DNA of 64,000 bases from a virus. Taxonomy: Duplodnaviria; Caudoviricetes. This document shows positions 30,225 through 40,159 of this stretch, in pieces. The stretch lies in IMG/VR virus record IMGVR_UViG_3300008259_003948, positions 531 to 64,530 of that record. The stretch is one strand, 5' to 3'. Made by a program: the position numbers and the translations under genes. Within the stretch, counting starts at the first letter, position 1. Each line of letters begins with the position of its first letter. The notes beneath the pieces are model-generated. The model saw nothing but the letters and a program-made list of their open reading frames with translations. It searched no databases and was not told where the DNA came from.

Positions 30225-31730
30225 ATGGAAAAAAAATCAATCGTGGAAGAAGCTTTACTTTCGATGAAAAACTTGGAAGAAGCTGTCTCGGAAAATGCAA
30301 AAGGAATACTTGCTTCAACAATGAAGGAAGAAATCAAAGATCTGGTAAAAGAATCTCTCCAAGAACAATCTGATGAAGATGAGGATGAGGTTGAGGATAT
30401 CGAAGTATCGAATGATGATACTGAGGTAGATTTTGGATCTGAAGAATCTGATGATGAGTCTGAAGATGAAATGGAAATGGATGTTGACACAATGTCAATG
30501 GATATGGATATGGAAGATGATGATGAAATGGATATGGATTCTGAGGAAGATGAAATGGAACCAATAGATCTAACCAATGCTTCTGACGAAGAAATTCTCA
30601 AAGTATTTAAAGCTATGGGTGATGAGGATGGTATCATTGTTAAAAAAGATGATAACAGACTTCACTTAGAAGATGAAAATGCGGATGTAGAATACCTAAT
30701 CGATTTGGGTGAATCTGAAGAAGAAAAAATGAATGAAGAAGATGACGATGAGTTATACTCAGATGCCATCAATAAAATATTTGAAAAAGATGTTAATAGC
30801 ATGGATGAAGATATGAATTTAGAGGGGGATTACAACGAGACCGAAGAGGGTATGTCCTACGAAGGTGAACAAGATGAGGTTGTTTATGAAATAAGTTTAG
30901 ATGATGATGTAGATATGGCCCCTGAAGGAGAATATCTCGAAATGAATGATCTTGAAGAAACTATGGAAATGACTCAGGATGAACCATCTGAAGATTATGA
31001 TTATACAGAATCTTATAAAATGGAAACCAAAGAAGGTAAAATGTCAGTTAAACCAAAAGGTGTTGGTATGGGTAAACCTAAGTTTACTTATAAGAAATCA
31101 CAAGGTGGTTTTGACGAAAATAAAAAACATGCAAATCCTACAAAAGGAACTGGTAAACCAAAATTCGAATTCAAAGAGGGTGAAATGGCAGATATTAAAA
31201 AGTCAGACAAAAAGGCTGAAACAAAAGAAGCTGCTAGAACTTTGGGTAATGGAAAATACTTTAGAAAAGGTGGTCTTCCAAAACCAAGATCTCATTCTAA
31301 ATTTAACGCTAACATTGAAGAAAGCGTTAATCAATACGAAGAACAACTTAGAGTTCTTAGAGAAAAGAATGAAGAGTATAGAAAGGCTCTCAATATCTTC
31401 AGAGAAAAGTTGAATGAAGTTGCTGTTTTCAATTCTAACTTAGCTTACGCAACAAGATTGTTCACAGAACATTCAACAACAAAACAAGAAAAAATAAACA
31501 TTCTTAGAAGATTTGATGGTGTTGAGTCATTAAAAGAATCTAAGGGCCTTTATCGGACTATAAAGGAAGAATTAGGTGATCAACCATCTAAAGTTGTTAC
31601 TGAATCAATTACTAACAAAATTGAAAGAGAAGTTTCTTCAGGAAGCGCAACTAATTTGATTGAATCTAAAACTTATGAAAATCCTCAATTTATGAGAATG
31701 AAGGATCTTATGTCCAAACTAATAAAATAA
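30225..31730 (+). CDS. Prohead scaffold/core protein
   Basis: Highly acidic with a C-terminal coiled coil (LNEVAVFNSNLAY); lies between protease and capsid genes. Confidence 0.75.
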   Translation: MEKKSIVEEALLSMKNLEEAVSENAKGILASTMKEEIKDLVKESLQEQSDEDEDEVEDIEVSNDDTEVDFGSEESDDESEDEMEMDVDTMSMDMDMEDDDEMDMDSEEDEMEPIDLTNASDEEILKVFKAMGDEDGIIVKKDDNRLHLEDENADVEYLIDLGESEEEKMNEEDDDELYSDAINKIFEKDVNSMDEDMNLEGDYNETEEGMSYEGEQDEVVYEISLDDDVDMAPEGEYLEMNDLEETMEMTQDEPSEDYDYTESYKMETKEGKMSVKPKGVGMGKPKFTYKKSQGGFDENKKHANPTKGTGKPKFEFKEGEMADIKKSDKKAETKEAARTLGNGKYFRKGGLPKPRSHSKFNANIEESVNQYEEQLRVLREKNEEYRKALNIFREKLNEVAVFNSNLAYATRLFTEHSTTKQEKINILRRFDGVESLKESKGLYRTIKEELGDQPSKVVTESITNKIEREVSSGSATNLIESKTYENPQFMRMKDLMSKLIK

Positions 31731-31754
31731 ACATAAAACTAAAAAACTAATAAA

Positions 31755-33557
31755 ATGGGAGTATTACTCGAAAGTGGATTAGTGGGTAACATCGGTCTTA
31801 AGCACCTTAAAGTTATCAAAGAAGACACTATAAACAAATGGGACAAATTAGGCTTTCTCGAAGGTCTAAGAGGTCATTTAAAAGAAAATGTTGCTCAGTT
31901 GTATGAAAACCAAGCATCACATTTAATAAACGAAGCTACTGGTGAAGGTTCAAACGGAGCTTTCGAAACAGTTGTGTTCCCTATCATCAGAAGGGTATTC
32001 TCTAAGCTTTTAGCTAATGAGATCGTTTCTGTACAGGCTATGAACCTTCCTATCGGAAAGTTATTCTATTTCGTTCCTCGTATCCAAGGATACACAGGAT
32101 CTTCAACTTATGCTTCAGGTGATCATTACGCACCTGTAGGTTCTCCTGGAAATTATCCTGGTGACCCTAATGCTGGATATCCTGATAACTCAAATGCTTA
32201 TAAGAAAAACTTGTATGATTTGTTTTATGAAGGAAATGAACCAGGTCTTGATCCTGAAGGTTTATTCGACTATTCAAAAGGTCGTTGGTCAGCAATTCAG
32301 GCTACTGTTGTAACTGTTGCTTGGGATGGTGGATCTTTAATTCCATCAGGTTATAGCTCAGGTGTTTCTGGTAACTACAGAAAAGTTATTGTTAGTATGT
32401 GTGGATTCTCATCTACAGGTGCAGGTAAACTTATCGGACCTGATGGTCAAGAAATGGATAGTGAAGCTTTCCTTTCTGGTCTTAAAGTATTCCCCGCCGC
32501 TGGTGGAGCCCCTCAACTCTTCAGAGTTGTTACTCAGAAATACGGTAAAGGTATCGTAGAATATGGAACAACAACACAAACTGTATGGCCTGGCACTCAA
32601 ACCGGTGGAGGTAATGGTGGTTCTTTCTACAACATTTGTTCACCAACTGGTTGTATCTATCTTGAGATAGATCTTCAAGTACCAGTATGTATCGACTGTG
32701 GTGCCGAGTCTTTGGATGGCTACACAGGATCAACATTCTCATCTACTTCTGCTGACAACCAAGCGTTCGTTGCTTACTACAGAAGATATGAAGAACTTGA
32801 GTTCGAAGACAAGATTGGTGAAGTATCTTTCGATCTTGAGTCTGTAACAGTTTCTGTTACTGAAAGAAAACTTAGAGCACAATGGTCTCCTGAACTCGCT
32901 CAGGACGTTGCGGCATTCCACAACATTGATGCAGAAGCTGAGCTTACCGCTCTTCTTTCTGAACAAGTTGCTGCTGAAATTGACCGTGAAATCCTCCGCG
33001 ATCTTAGAAAGGGTGCCGCTTGGACTCTACGTTGGGACTACAATGGTTGGAAGAGATTTACCAATGGTACTACTCCTTACACTCAGAAGGATTGGAACCA
33101 AACTCTTATCACAACAATCAACCAAATCTCTGCTCAAATCCACAAGTCTACCCTCCGTGGTGGTGCTAACTGGATTGTTGTATCGTCTGAGATCTCAGCT
33201 ATCTTCGATGATTTGGAATACTTCCACGTATCGAACGCTTCACCTGAGCAAGACCAATACAATATGGGTATCGAAAGAATCGGTACTTTAGCTGGACGTT
33301 ATCAAGTATATCGTGATCCTTACTTCCCACCTAACACTGTGTTACTTGGACATAAGGGTACTTCATTACTTGATACTGGTTACATTTACGCTCCGTATGT
33401 ACCACTTCAGTTGACTCCGACAATGTATAACCCATTCAACTTTACCCCAATTAAGGGTATTATGACTCGTTACGCTAAGAAACTCGTTAACAACCGTTTC
33501 TATGGTCGTATCACAGTTGATGGTGTTCGCACATTTGACCTCAGAGAACTTCGTTAA
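31755..33557 (+). CDS. Major capsid protein (T4 gp23-like)
   Basis: VSVQAMNLP.G, RKLRAQWSPELAQD, EIDREI, GYIYAPYVPL, GIMTRY; enriched in C-ending codons. Confidence 0.96.
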   Translation: MGVLLESGLVGNIGLKHLKVIKEDTINKWDKLGFLEGLRGHLKENVAQLYENQASHLINEATGEGSNGAFETVVFPIIRRVFSKLLANEIVSVQAMNLPIGKLFYFVPRIQGYTGSSTYASGDHYAPVGSPGNYPGDPNAGYPDNSNAYKKNLYDLFYEGNEPGLDPEGLFDYSKGRWSAIQATVVTVAWDGGSLIPSGYSSGVSGNYRKVIVSMCGFSSTGAGKLIGPDGQEMDSEAFLSGLKVFPAAGGAPQLFRVVTQKYGKGIVEYGTTTQTVWPGTQTGGGNGGSFYNICSPTGCIYLEIDLQVPVCIDCGAESLDGYTGSTFSSTSADNQAFVAYYRRYEELEFEDKIGEVSFDLESVTVSVTERKLRAQWSPELAQDVAAFHNIDAEAELTALLSEQVAAEIDREILRDLRKGAAWTLRWDYNGWKRFTNGTTPYTQKDWNQTLITTINQISAQIHKSTLRGGANWIVVSSEISAIFDDLEYFHVSNASPEQDQYNMGIERIGTLAGRYQVYRDPYFPPNTVLLGHKGTSLLDTGYIYAPYVPLQLTPTMYNPFNFTPIKGIMTRYAKKLVNNRFYGRITVDGVRTFDLRELR

Positions 33558-33572
33558 TCGATTGATCTCAAT

Positions 33573-33604
33573 AAAAAAAAGGGACGAGAAATCGTCCCTT
33601 TTTT
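33573..33604. terminator. Bidirectional intrinsic terminator after the capsid gene
   Basis: A8-GGGACGA-GAAA-TCGTCCC-T6. Confidence 0.9.
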
Positions 33605-33708
33605 ATTGCTTAATAATTTGTGTGAGGTGAACATTGTCTCTAAAGAGTCTTCCATTCCACCTCCAAGTTGGGATTGTTTCACCCCCAACCTGATGGTTTT
33701 TAATCACA
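33605..33708 (-). ncRNA. Candidate structured small RNA (alternatively a 34-aa GTG-start ORF)
   Basis: Two adjacent hairpins, a TATCTTTG -7 element upstream (33711-33718), and a terminator downstream. Confidence 0.35.
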
Positions 33709-33730
33709 CACAAAGATATAATAAATTTTT

Positions 33731-34420
33731 TTAAAATTTTGTTTCCAAAAATTCATCTGTATCTGAACTTTCTATATTCTGATTGTGTGAGAGTTCTACC
33801 GTATTTTCCTCATCATTTGGATAAAAATAAAAATATCCTGATGATCCTTCATTAATTTCCCAACCCCCGTGATGATTTTCCAATTCATTGTAACACCAAT
33901 CTTCCAAAAGTCCTTCTAAATCACTAATATCTTTTCCTGAAGGTATTGTTGACCAATCTTCTATTCCTCCACTATCTCCTGAACCATCATAAGCAACATT
34001 AAGTTGTTTTATATTTCTTTGTTTCATTAGGTCAATTGCGGTCATTACATTTTCATTATCAGATATTTCTTCTAATGACCAACTATTTCCAAATGATTCG
34101 GTGTCATTATAATACCCAACAATCTCAATATCAAAAGTTCTTTCTTCAACTTTAATATTGAAATAAATATTATATCTGTTTTCACTATCTAAATCATCAT
34201 TAATATAATTTTCAAAGATTTCTACACAAAATGTTCTGAATTTTTCTGTTATTGGACATTGTATTTCAGATCTCCAATCACTTGTATAAAAATTTTTTTG
34301 GTCCCAATATACATCCCCATATCCAGATTCTATTTCAAAACGACCATCTTTTTTTCCGTAACTTTTAAGGTGCATCGAGGTTATCAATAAAAGTCTTTTT
34401 TGTTCATTAGTTAATTCCAT
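33731..34420 (-). CDS. DUF6878-like protein
   Basis: YDGSGDSGGIE..GWEINEGSSG motif (recognised by eye). Confidence 0.6.
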   Translation of the reverse strand: MELTNEQKRLLLITSMHLKSYGKKDGRFEIESGYGDVYWDQKNFYTSDWRSEIQCPITEKFRTFCVEIFENYINDDLDSENRYNIYFNIKVEERTFDIEIVGYYNDTESFGNSWSLEEISDNENVMTAIDLMKQRNIKQLNVAYDGSGDSGGIEDWSTIPSGKDISDLEGLLEDWCYNELENHHGGWEINEGSSGYFYFYPNDEENTVELSHNQNIESSDTDEFLETKF

Positions 34421-34440
34421 AGTTTTATTTTATAAATATA

Positions 34441-34794
34441 TCAATCATCAACTTCGAGTTTTAAAGTTCTTAGAACCCAATGAGGTTTTTCGTGATTTTG
34501 AAGAACTTCAATCCAATCTTTGGCCGATGGTATCACATTATTGCAATCTTCTTTAACATGCTGTTCTCCAACATAACGAGTATATACAACTTTACCATCA
34601 CTATTGGTAAAGGATGATCCAAACTTCTTCTCACACTCGAATATACCCTCGCTGTGATGACGAAACGCTCTATGTAGGGAATGACCTACCCAAGCCTTAG
34701 TTTCGTCGAACCAGTTGTGTATTTCGATGTAATCGTCTACTTTACCTCCGAACTTCTTTACAGAGGATTTAGCGTGTTGTATCGGGTGTGCCAT
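34441..34794 (-). CDS. DUF6915-like His-rich protein
   Basis: MAHP..HAKSS..KFGG...DY..IH.WFD.TK..HR..RHH..G, EQHV.ED (recognised by eye). Confidence 0.7.
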   Translation of the reverse strand: MAHPIQHAKSSVKKFGGKVDDYIEIHNWFDETKAWVGHSLHRAFRHHSEGIFECEKKFGSSFTNSDGKVVYTRYVGEQHVKEDCNNVIPSAKDWIEVLQNHEKPHWVLRTLKLEVDD

Positions 34795-35026
34795 CTTCTA
34801 TATTTTGTTTTTCTTTGGAGATAGTTCTAATACATTTTGCCAATAGTTCTGCTTCACCCAAAGTGAAAGCTCCTCTTGAATTACAGAATTTAACCGCCTC
34901 AACAAGACAATATAATGATGAGTTTGAATCTAATGTCTGTAAAAATAGCTCCAAATGTTCTTCAGATGTAAACTGAAGAGATCCTAACATTTGAAAAGGT
35001 GTGTTCTTTGTTTGATTGTTTTCCAT
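34769..35026 (-). CDS. Hypothetical protein
   Basis: 85-aa ORF overlapping the next gene. Confidence 0.6.
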   Translation of the reverse strand: MENNQTKNTPFQMLGSLQFTSEEHLELFLQTLDSNSSLYCLVEAVKFCNSRGAFTLGEAELLAKCIRTISKEKQNIEDGTPDTTR

Positions 35027-35080
35027 ATTTTAATAATAATAAAAAAAATAACAAAAGGAAAATATTGAATATTTATGTGT

Positions 35081-35731
35081 ATGGGAAAGAGAATTTTTGT
35101 TTCTGAGTCTGAAAAAAACACCATATTAAAACTTCATAATTTATTGGAAGCAGATACTACGGTAAGTGCTGGTGAATATACAGGACCAATTGAATTGAAA
35201 ATTAAAGATTGGCATGAAAATTCTTTAGCCCCTTTTGTTGAAAAGTCTCATATTGAAAAATCTGAAGATAACTTGGATGGAAATATTAATAAAGAAGTTG
35301 GTGTGTGGGAATTAGATACACAATGGAAAAAAACAAAAAAGAATTTACCAAAAAAGAAAAAACAAAAGGTTAATGAGGATTTGGCGGTTTGGTTCGGAAC
35401 AAAAAAGAAACCAAAAGGTAGTAAACAACCTAAAGGTCCTTGGGTTAATATTTGTAGAAAAGTTGAAGGTAAACACCCCCCTTGTGGTAGATCGGAATCA
35501 AAACCTGGTTCATACCCAAAATGTAGAGCTGCAGGAGTTGCCGGCAAAATGACAGACTCTCAAAAAAAATCTGCGTGTCAACAAAAAAGAAGGGCTGAGA
35601 AGAAAGAACCAAAAGTAGGAAAAGGTAACAAACCTACAATGGTTTCTTACAAACCAAAAAAGAAAAAAACAAATGAATCAAATTTGGATAACAAAATCCT
35701 TATGATTCTTGAATCTTTTTTAAGAAAGTGA
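35081..35731 (+). CDS. Basic Cys-containing protein with N-terminal leader
   Basis: EDLAVWF..WVNIC..CGR..YPKCR motif; TATTTAT at 35070. Confidence 0.65.
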   Translation: MGKRIFVSESEKNTILKLHNLLEADTTVSAGEYTGPIELKIKDWHENSLAPFVEKSHIEKSEDNLDGNINKEVGVWELDTQWKKTKKNLPKKKKQKVNEDLAVWFGTKKKPKGSKQPKGPWVNICRKVEGKHPPCGRSESKPGSYPKCRAAGVAGKMTDSQKKSACQQKRRAEKKEPKVGKGNKPTMVSYKPKKKKTNESNLDNKILMILESFLRK

Positions 35732-36154
35732 TTGATCTGTTTTAAGTCCCTCAAGTATTTTGTGTAGAGAATAATCAATTTGTGATTTTATTTGATCTTC
35801 ATATTCAGACCTTCTCCTTTCACATTCATTATCATATACAAACATTAACTTTTCCCAATCCCTATTACTAAGGAATACTGAATAATTATAGACGTGATTA
35901 ATTATGTTAATGTGTCTGTCTTGAAGAACAACAAACATATGAAGTCGACTGTTTGTGATATACCTTTTTCCTGAAATTGGGGCTAAAAGAAGTTGTGTAT
36001 CTTTTTGATTAATAAGTTTTCGGCAAATTGCCATACAAGTTCTTCTGTATTCTAATTCTTCTTGTATTTCATTTAATTGGGATTTTCTAACATTGATTTT
36101 AAATTTTGCGTATTGACGCTTGAAAAATCGTTTTATCCAACTATCCAGTTCCAT
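35720..36154 (-). CDS. Hypothetical protein
   Basis: 144-aa ORF with its own host-type promoter. Confidence 0.65.
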   Translation of the reverse strand: MELDSWIKRFFKRQYAKFKINVRKSQLNEIQEELEYRRTCMAICRKLINQKDTQLLLAPISGKRYITNSRLHMFVVLQDRHINIINHVYNYSVFLSNRDWEKLMFVYDNECERRRSEYEDQIKSQIDYSLHKILEGLKTDQSLS

Positions 36155-36168
36155 TAACTTTTTTGTTA

Positions 36169-36199
36169 CAAATATAACAAAATAAACTTAGGAATCAAA
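36169..36199 (-). promoter_or_regulatory. Bacteroidota primary-sigma promoter (TTTG-N19-TATATTTG)
   Basis: Consensus match. Confidence 0.65.
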
Positions 36200-36769
36200 C
36201 TAACAATAAGGTGGTGAACATCTTTTTTTTCCATCTAAACCTTTCATTCTACCTTGGCAGACCTGAACGGCGAAGCCATTTGAATATGCTGAGGGATAAA
36301 CCTTAAATTTTGCTTTTGCCGCGGCTTTACCTCTAGCACAAAGTTTAGTTCCTGATTTTTTCTTTCCTTCAGTCACTTCCATATTTTTGATACTATCATC
36401 TAATACTTCTGTTTTAGAAGTTGTTAAAAAATTATAAACTTCCTCAACATCATCTTTGGCGGTTGATATGTGATCAGCCGCCCAATCGTGGCCATCTTGT
36501 AAAATAGAATCTATTTCACTTTTACTCATCTGTAATAGACGACCTATTTGTTTGTGAATTTGTTTTAAGTTTTGAAAAAACATATAATATTGAGTTTCTT
36601 GTTCCATTCCACTTTGTTTGGGTAGAATCATATCATCATTATACGATTTCTCGTTAACTGATTTTCCTACAGAAAACATTTTACCAATAGGAAGGTCCAT
36701 TTTAGAAGTTCCTACTAATTTACCCATCAATTCATTTATTTGTCTTTCTGATACAATATATTTTTTCAT
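36200..36769 (-). CDS. Hypothetical protein with leader and basic C-terminal KFKVYPSAYSNG module
   Basis: ORF; HDWAADHI and YPSAY motifs. Confidence 0.65.
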   Translation of the reverse strand: MKKYIVSERQINELMGKLVGTSKMDLPIGKMFSVGKSVNEKSYNDDMILPKQSGMEQETQYYMFFQNLKQIHKQIGRLLQMSKSEIDSILQDGHDWAADHISTAKDDVEEVYNFLTTSKTEVLDDSIKNMEVTEGKKKSGTKLCARGKAAAKAKFKVYPSAYSNGFAVQVCQGRMKGLDGKKRCSPPYC

Positions 36770-37107
36770 TTTTTTATTTTAACTAATTGTTTATCAATTT
36801 CACCTTTTTTATTTGGTACAGGTATTTTATCGGCCCCTTTTTCTGCCAATTTTATGATGTCATCAACCTGTACTTTTGGTAAAGTGTCTTGTTTTGAAAT
36901 AAAACCTAAAGATGCGGTTATTCTTAATGATCCATCCGCTTGTGGTTTTATATCATCAACATTTACATCTATACCTGACTTTTGAAGTTTGTATTTATAT
37001 CCTGCAATAATAACCGCTCCTTCATCTGCTAATTTTACAGACTGCTCATTTACAATCTTTTTTATCAAACTTACGAGTTCACTTTCTTTCAAAACGATCT
37101 TCTTCAT
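36766..37107 (-). CDS. Hypothetical protein with MKKIVLKESELVSLIKKIVNE leader
   Basis: Coupled ORF. Confidence 0.65.
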   Translation of the reverse strand: MKKIVLKESELVSLIKKIVNEQSVKLADEGAVIIAGYKYKLQKSGIDVNVDDIKPQADGSLRITASLGFISKQDTLPKVQVDDIIKLAEKGADKIPVPNKKGEIDKQLVKIKK

Positions 37108-38612
37108 TTCTTATTAACTATTTGAAACTTCAGTGTCCTTTTATAGGTATCAACCTGGCCGGAGATATTAACTTTAAAGTCTATAAAATACTCATTTGGA
37201 ATTTTATCCGTAGTATCGAACATAAAATAATACTCGTTAGGTGTTTTATTTATTATTGTCCAATTTTGAACTTGAACTTCTGTCTGTCCTTCACGAACAT
37301 ATATTCTATAATAAGCCTCTATTTTGTTTAAAGGTTGATTTGATGTATAAGCTTTTTTGATCATAACACCTACTTTTCTGATGTCTGTATTCAATATCTT
37401 CTCATCTTGGTGTATACCATATATGTCAAAACCAAACAACTCAGGATCCTTTGTATTTGTTCCTATTTGAATGCTTTTCGAGTATGGGTAAAGTGTGAAG
37501 TCATTTGTAATATTACCCAAAGTAACCCCATCTAATATTATATTAGACCATCTGTCGTATAATTGACATAGATTTGTATATCCTGTGATTGGGGGTATTT
37601 CTATTTCATATATTCCTTTTGTTCTTGTACAAGATGTTAGACCACTCAATCCATTTACGACCAAATTATTAGTATCAAATATTGTAACCAAAGGGTTTTG
37701 ATCCAAGTTAACAGGAACCCCATTATCATAAACATATAGATATAGTTTGTTTGTTCTACCCAAAGTGAACAGGTTTCTATCGTCTCTAACTGAATCATCA
37801 TACTCTGTTAACAAATATGGTTCATAAAATGTTTGAGTGTGTCTTGAAAAGAAATATACTGAATACCCTGCGGTTTTACCAGTAATGTTTTCAACTTGAG
37901 GTTTATATGCAATTCCCCAACCTGTAACACCCGTTAAAGTTCCGTCCAATATTGAGTTTATTTCATTTGTCATATCAAATTCAATATCTTCATTACCAAA
38001 TTCGAAGTGTTGTGTATCAATAATTGTTAAAGCCGAATAATGAACGGCGTTTCCTGTCATTGAATTTGTGTTGTCGTAAATTCCCTCAGTTCCCCAAGTG
38101 TCTATTGTTGTTGTCTGATACCAATTTGAAGGTCTATCTGAGAATGAACGATCATTTGGTATTCCATCAGTCTTCAAATAAGCGTAAGGAGAATTAAGAG
38201 TTTTATCAACATCATAATAATCATACCCAACACCCTCGTCCCATATCTGTGGATCACCAGTATTTCCCGATGTTAGGGGAATTCTAAATAAAATTAAGTC
38301 AAAAGAAGTTGCTCTTATATTTCCTAATGAATCTGTCGCATTTAAAGTATTAGGATCAAAAAAACAGGTGTTTCTCATTAATAAAGTGTGGGTAACTCCT
38401 GTTGAGCATTCTAAACTTATAATTTTCTCATTATATTTTTCTTGTAATTTAGATAAATCTAAATCAAATATAAATCTAGAGAAACCTGGAATCCAAACAT
38501 CATATATAGAACTACCATAATATAGTTGTGTATATGGAGATCTTCCTGTGTTTGTATACCTATCAGATAGTATAGTGTTATTCCTACTGAAAAAGGATTG
38601 ATGAATTGACAT
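37104..38612 (-). CDS. Hypothetical, probably virion structural protein
   Basis: 502 aa, beta-rich; WDEGVGYDY motif; adjacent to a baseplate-like gene. Confidence 0.55.
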   Translation of the reverse strand: MSIHQSFFSRNNTILSDRYTNTGRSPYTQLYYGSSIYDVWIPGFSRFIFDLDLSKLQEKYNEKIISLECSTGVTHTLLMRNTCFFDPNTLNATDSLGNIRATSFDLILFRIPLTSGNTGDPQIWDEGVGYDYYDVDKTLNSPYAYLKTDGIPNDRSFSDRPSNWYQTTTIDTWGTEGIYDNTNSMTGNAVHYSALTIIDTQHFEFGNEDIEFDMTNEINSILDGTLTGVTGWGIAYKPQVENITGKTAGYSVYFFSRHTQTFYEPYLLTEYDDSVRDDRNLFTLGRTNKLYLYVYDNGVPVNLDQNPLVTIFDTNNLVVNGLSGLTSCTRTKGIYEIEIPPITGYTNLCQLYDRWSNIILDGVTLGNITNDFTLYPYSKSIQIGTNTKDPELFGFDIYGIHQDEKILNTDIRKVGVMIKKAYTSNQPLNKIEAYYRIYVREGQTEVQVQNWTIINKTPNEYYFMFDTTDKIPNEYFIDFKVNISGQVDTYKRTLKFQIVNKK

Positions 38613-38632
38613 TTAAGTTTTCTTTATAAATA

Positions 38633-40159
38633 TCAATTAATTCGAATATTCTGATTTAAAATGGTATTAGGGGCATTAAACAATTTTGACATAATATCTG
38701 CCGAGTTTGTTCCGTCAGTTGCAACTGGAACAGGGGGCATTCCGTGATACGGATGTACATGCGCCAGCATAAATTTAACAATTACATTCAAAAGATCAAT
38801 TAATTGTTCACCTCTTACCATTGAATTTGTGTCTGTTTGAATTTGAGAAAACTTCTCAACGGGTATTCCATATAATGTTTCGTTTAAATTAATTTTTTGT
38901 TTATTAGGTATTTGAGAATTGTGAGATAATAGATATAAAAAATCACTACCCATAACACCAAATGAAACATTTTCCGAAACATACTCAGAGGGGGTATATT
39001 CACTTACAGTAGGTTTTTTTGTTTGGTTTGTTGTATTCTGTTTAAAAACAATAATACAACCTACTTTGTTATCACCATTTATTTTAATGTCAGATATGAA
39101 GTTTTGTATTGTATCTTTTTGTAAAGAATTATTTGGATCTGTGTCATATGCAAACCTATATGATAAAGAATTAGGTCTTACCGCGAAAGGATATCTATCA
39201 TTTGGTGAATTGAATATGTCATATGATGGTATGTTTATTTTACCACTATCAAATCCTCTAATAAAAGTGTTTATAAGTGAAACGGTATCATTATAAGTAA
39301 CACCAATAAAAGTAATTGAGTATATTGGTGCGGATAAGAAATTATTAATTTCTGAGTTAATTTTTAAATTTGCAGTGTTTGTTGATAAATCAGGTTTAAC
39401 ACTATAGATTGTGATTATACCTGTATATGCATCAAAATTATTATCAGGGTTATATATAGCCCATTCTATGAGATATTTTACACTTTGAATTACATCTTCT
39501 AAAGCAAAAATTGTTTCTTTTTCTAAATCAACCTTTTTTTGTTTAAAGTTACTGAGTTGAACAAATGATCTTTTGTTATTTAATTTTGGTAATGTTTTTG
39601 GATTAAGTATTTCATCTTCATATTTTCCAGCTCGTAATAATACTTCATTTTCTTTTAAAATTAAATCCGCAGATCCTCTTCCTAGTAATGCATTGTCTCC
39701 TGGTTCGGGATAAATTCCTTTGGTTTTTATTGGATCGGTTAATTCTCCCTGTGGATTTTTTAACGGAACATTTGTTGAATCAATTTTCCCACTTAACATA
39801 TAGTTTTGTACAGAAACACTTGTTTCCAAGTAACTTGACATTGGTGACGAAAAAGGTCCTTGTATATAGAATTGATTTTTGAATTTTGTGTTTCTGTCGT
39901 AATAAATGATATGAACAAATTCATCATTCTTAGGTGTTTGAAACATAAAATACGGTAATAGTGGTAAAAACAAAAACGGATCTTCTGATGACCATTGTTG
40001 TTTTACAGGTATATCATCAAAACAAGTATCACAAAATGCCTTTACAATCTTATCTCTTTCCTCATTCAATGGAACAGCTCTAATTCTACCTAACATCATA
40101 GGATCGTTTGAATTAATAACAGATCCTGGAAATATGATTTGTCTATCTCTATTAAACAT
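38633..40159 (-). CDS. Baseplate hub/spike protein (gp5/VgrG-like)
   Basis: N-terminal OB-fold-like V..DP..LGRIRA..P; C-terminal HVH spike-tip-like motif. Confidence 0.6.
   Translation of the reverse strand: MFNRDRQIIFPGSVINSNDPMMLGRIRAVPLNEERDKIVKAFCDTCFDDIPVKQQWSSEDPFLFLPLLPYFMFQTPKNDEFVHIIYYDRNTKFKNQFYIQGPFSSPMSSYLETSVSVQNYMLSGKIDSTNVPLKNPQGELTDPIKTKGIYPEPGDNALLGRGSADLILKENEVLLRAGKYEDEILNPKTLPKLNNKRSFVQLSNFKQKKVDLEKETIFALEDVIQSVKYLIEWAIYNPDNNFDAYTGIITIYSVKPDLSTNTANLKINSEINNFLSAPIYSITFIGVTYNDTVSLINTFIRGFDSGKINIPSYDIFNSPNDRYPFAVRPNSLSYRFAYDTDPNNSLQKDTIQNFISDIKINGDNKVGCIIVFKQNTTNQTKKPTVSEYTPSEYVSENVSFGVMGSDFLYLLSHNSQIPNKQKINLNETLYGIPVEKFSQIQTDTNSMVRGEQLIDLLNVIVKFMLAHVHPYHGMPPVPVATDGTNSADIMSKLFNAPNTILNQNIRIN

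Noticed and set aside
30098-30637. Antisense and shadow ORFs (also 926-1252, 3365-3586, 6747-7229, 22706-23083, 27493-27918, 40701-41564, 63599-63826)
   Set aside because: They mirror real low-complexity genes on the opposite strand or frame and show no independent motifs.
24396-33557. Introns or inteins in terminase, portal or capsid genes
   Set aside because: The ORFs are continuous with no intein or homing-endonuclease motifs seen.
33605-33710. Hammerhead ribozyme
   Set aside because: CTGATG and GAAAC lie on opposite strands and the core is incomplete.
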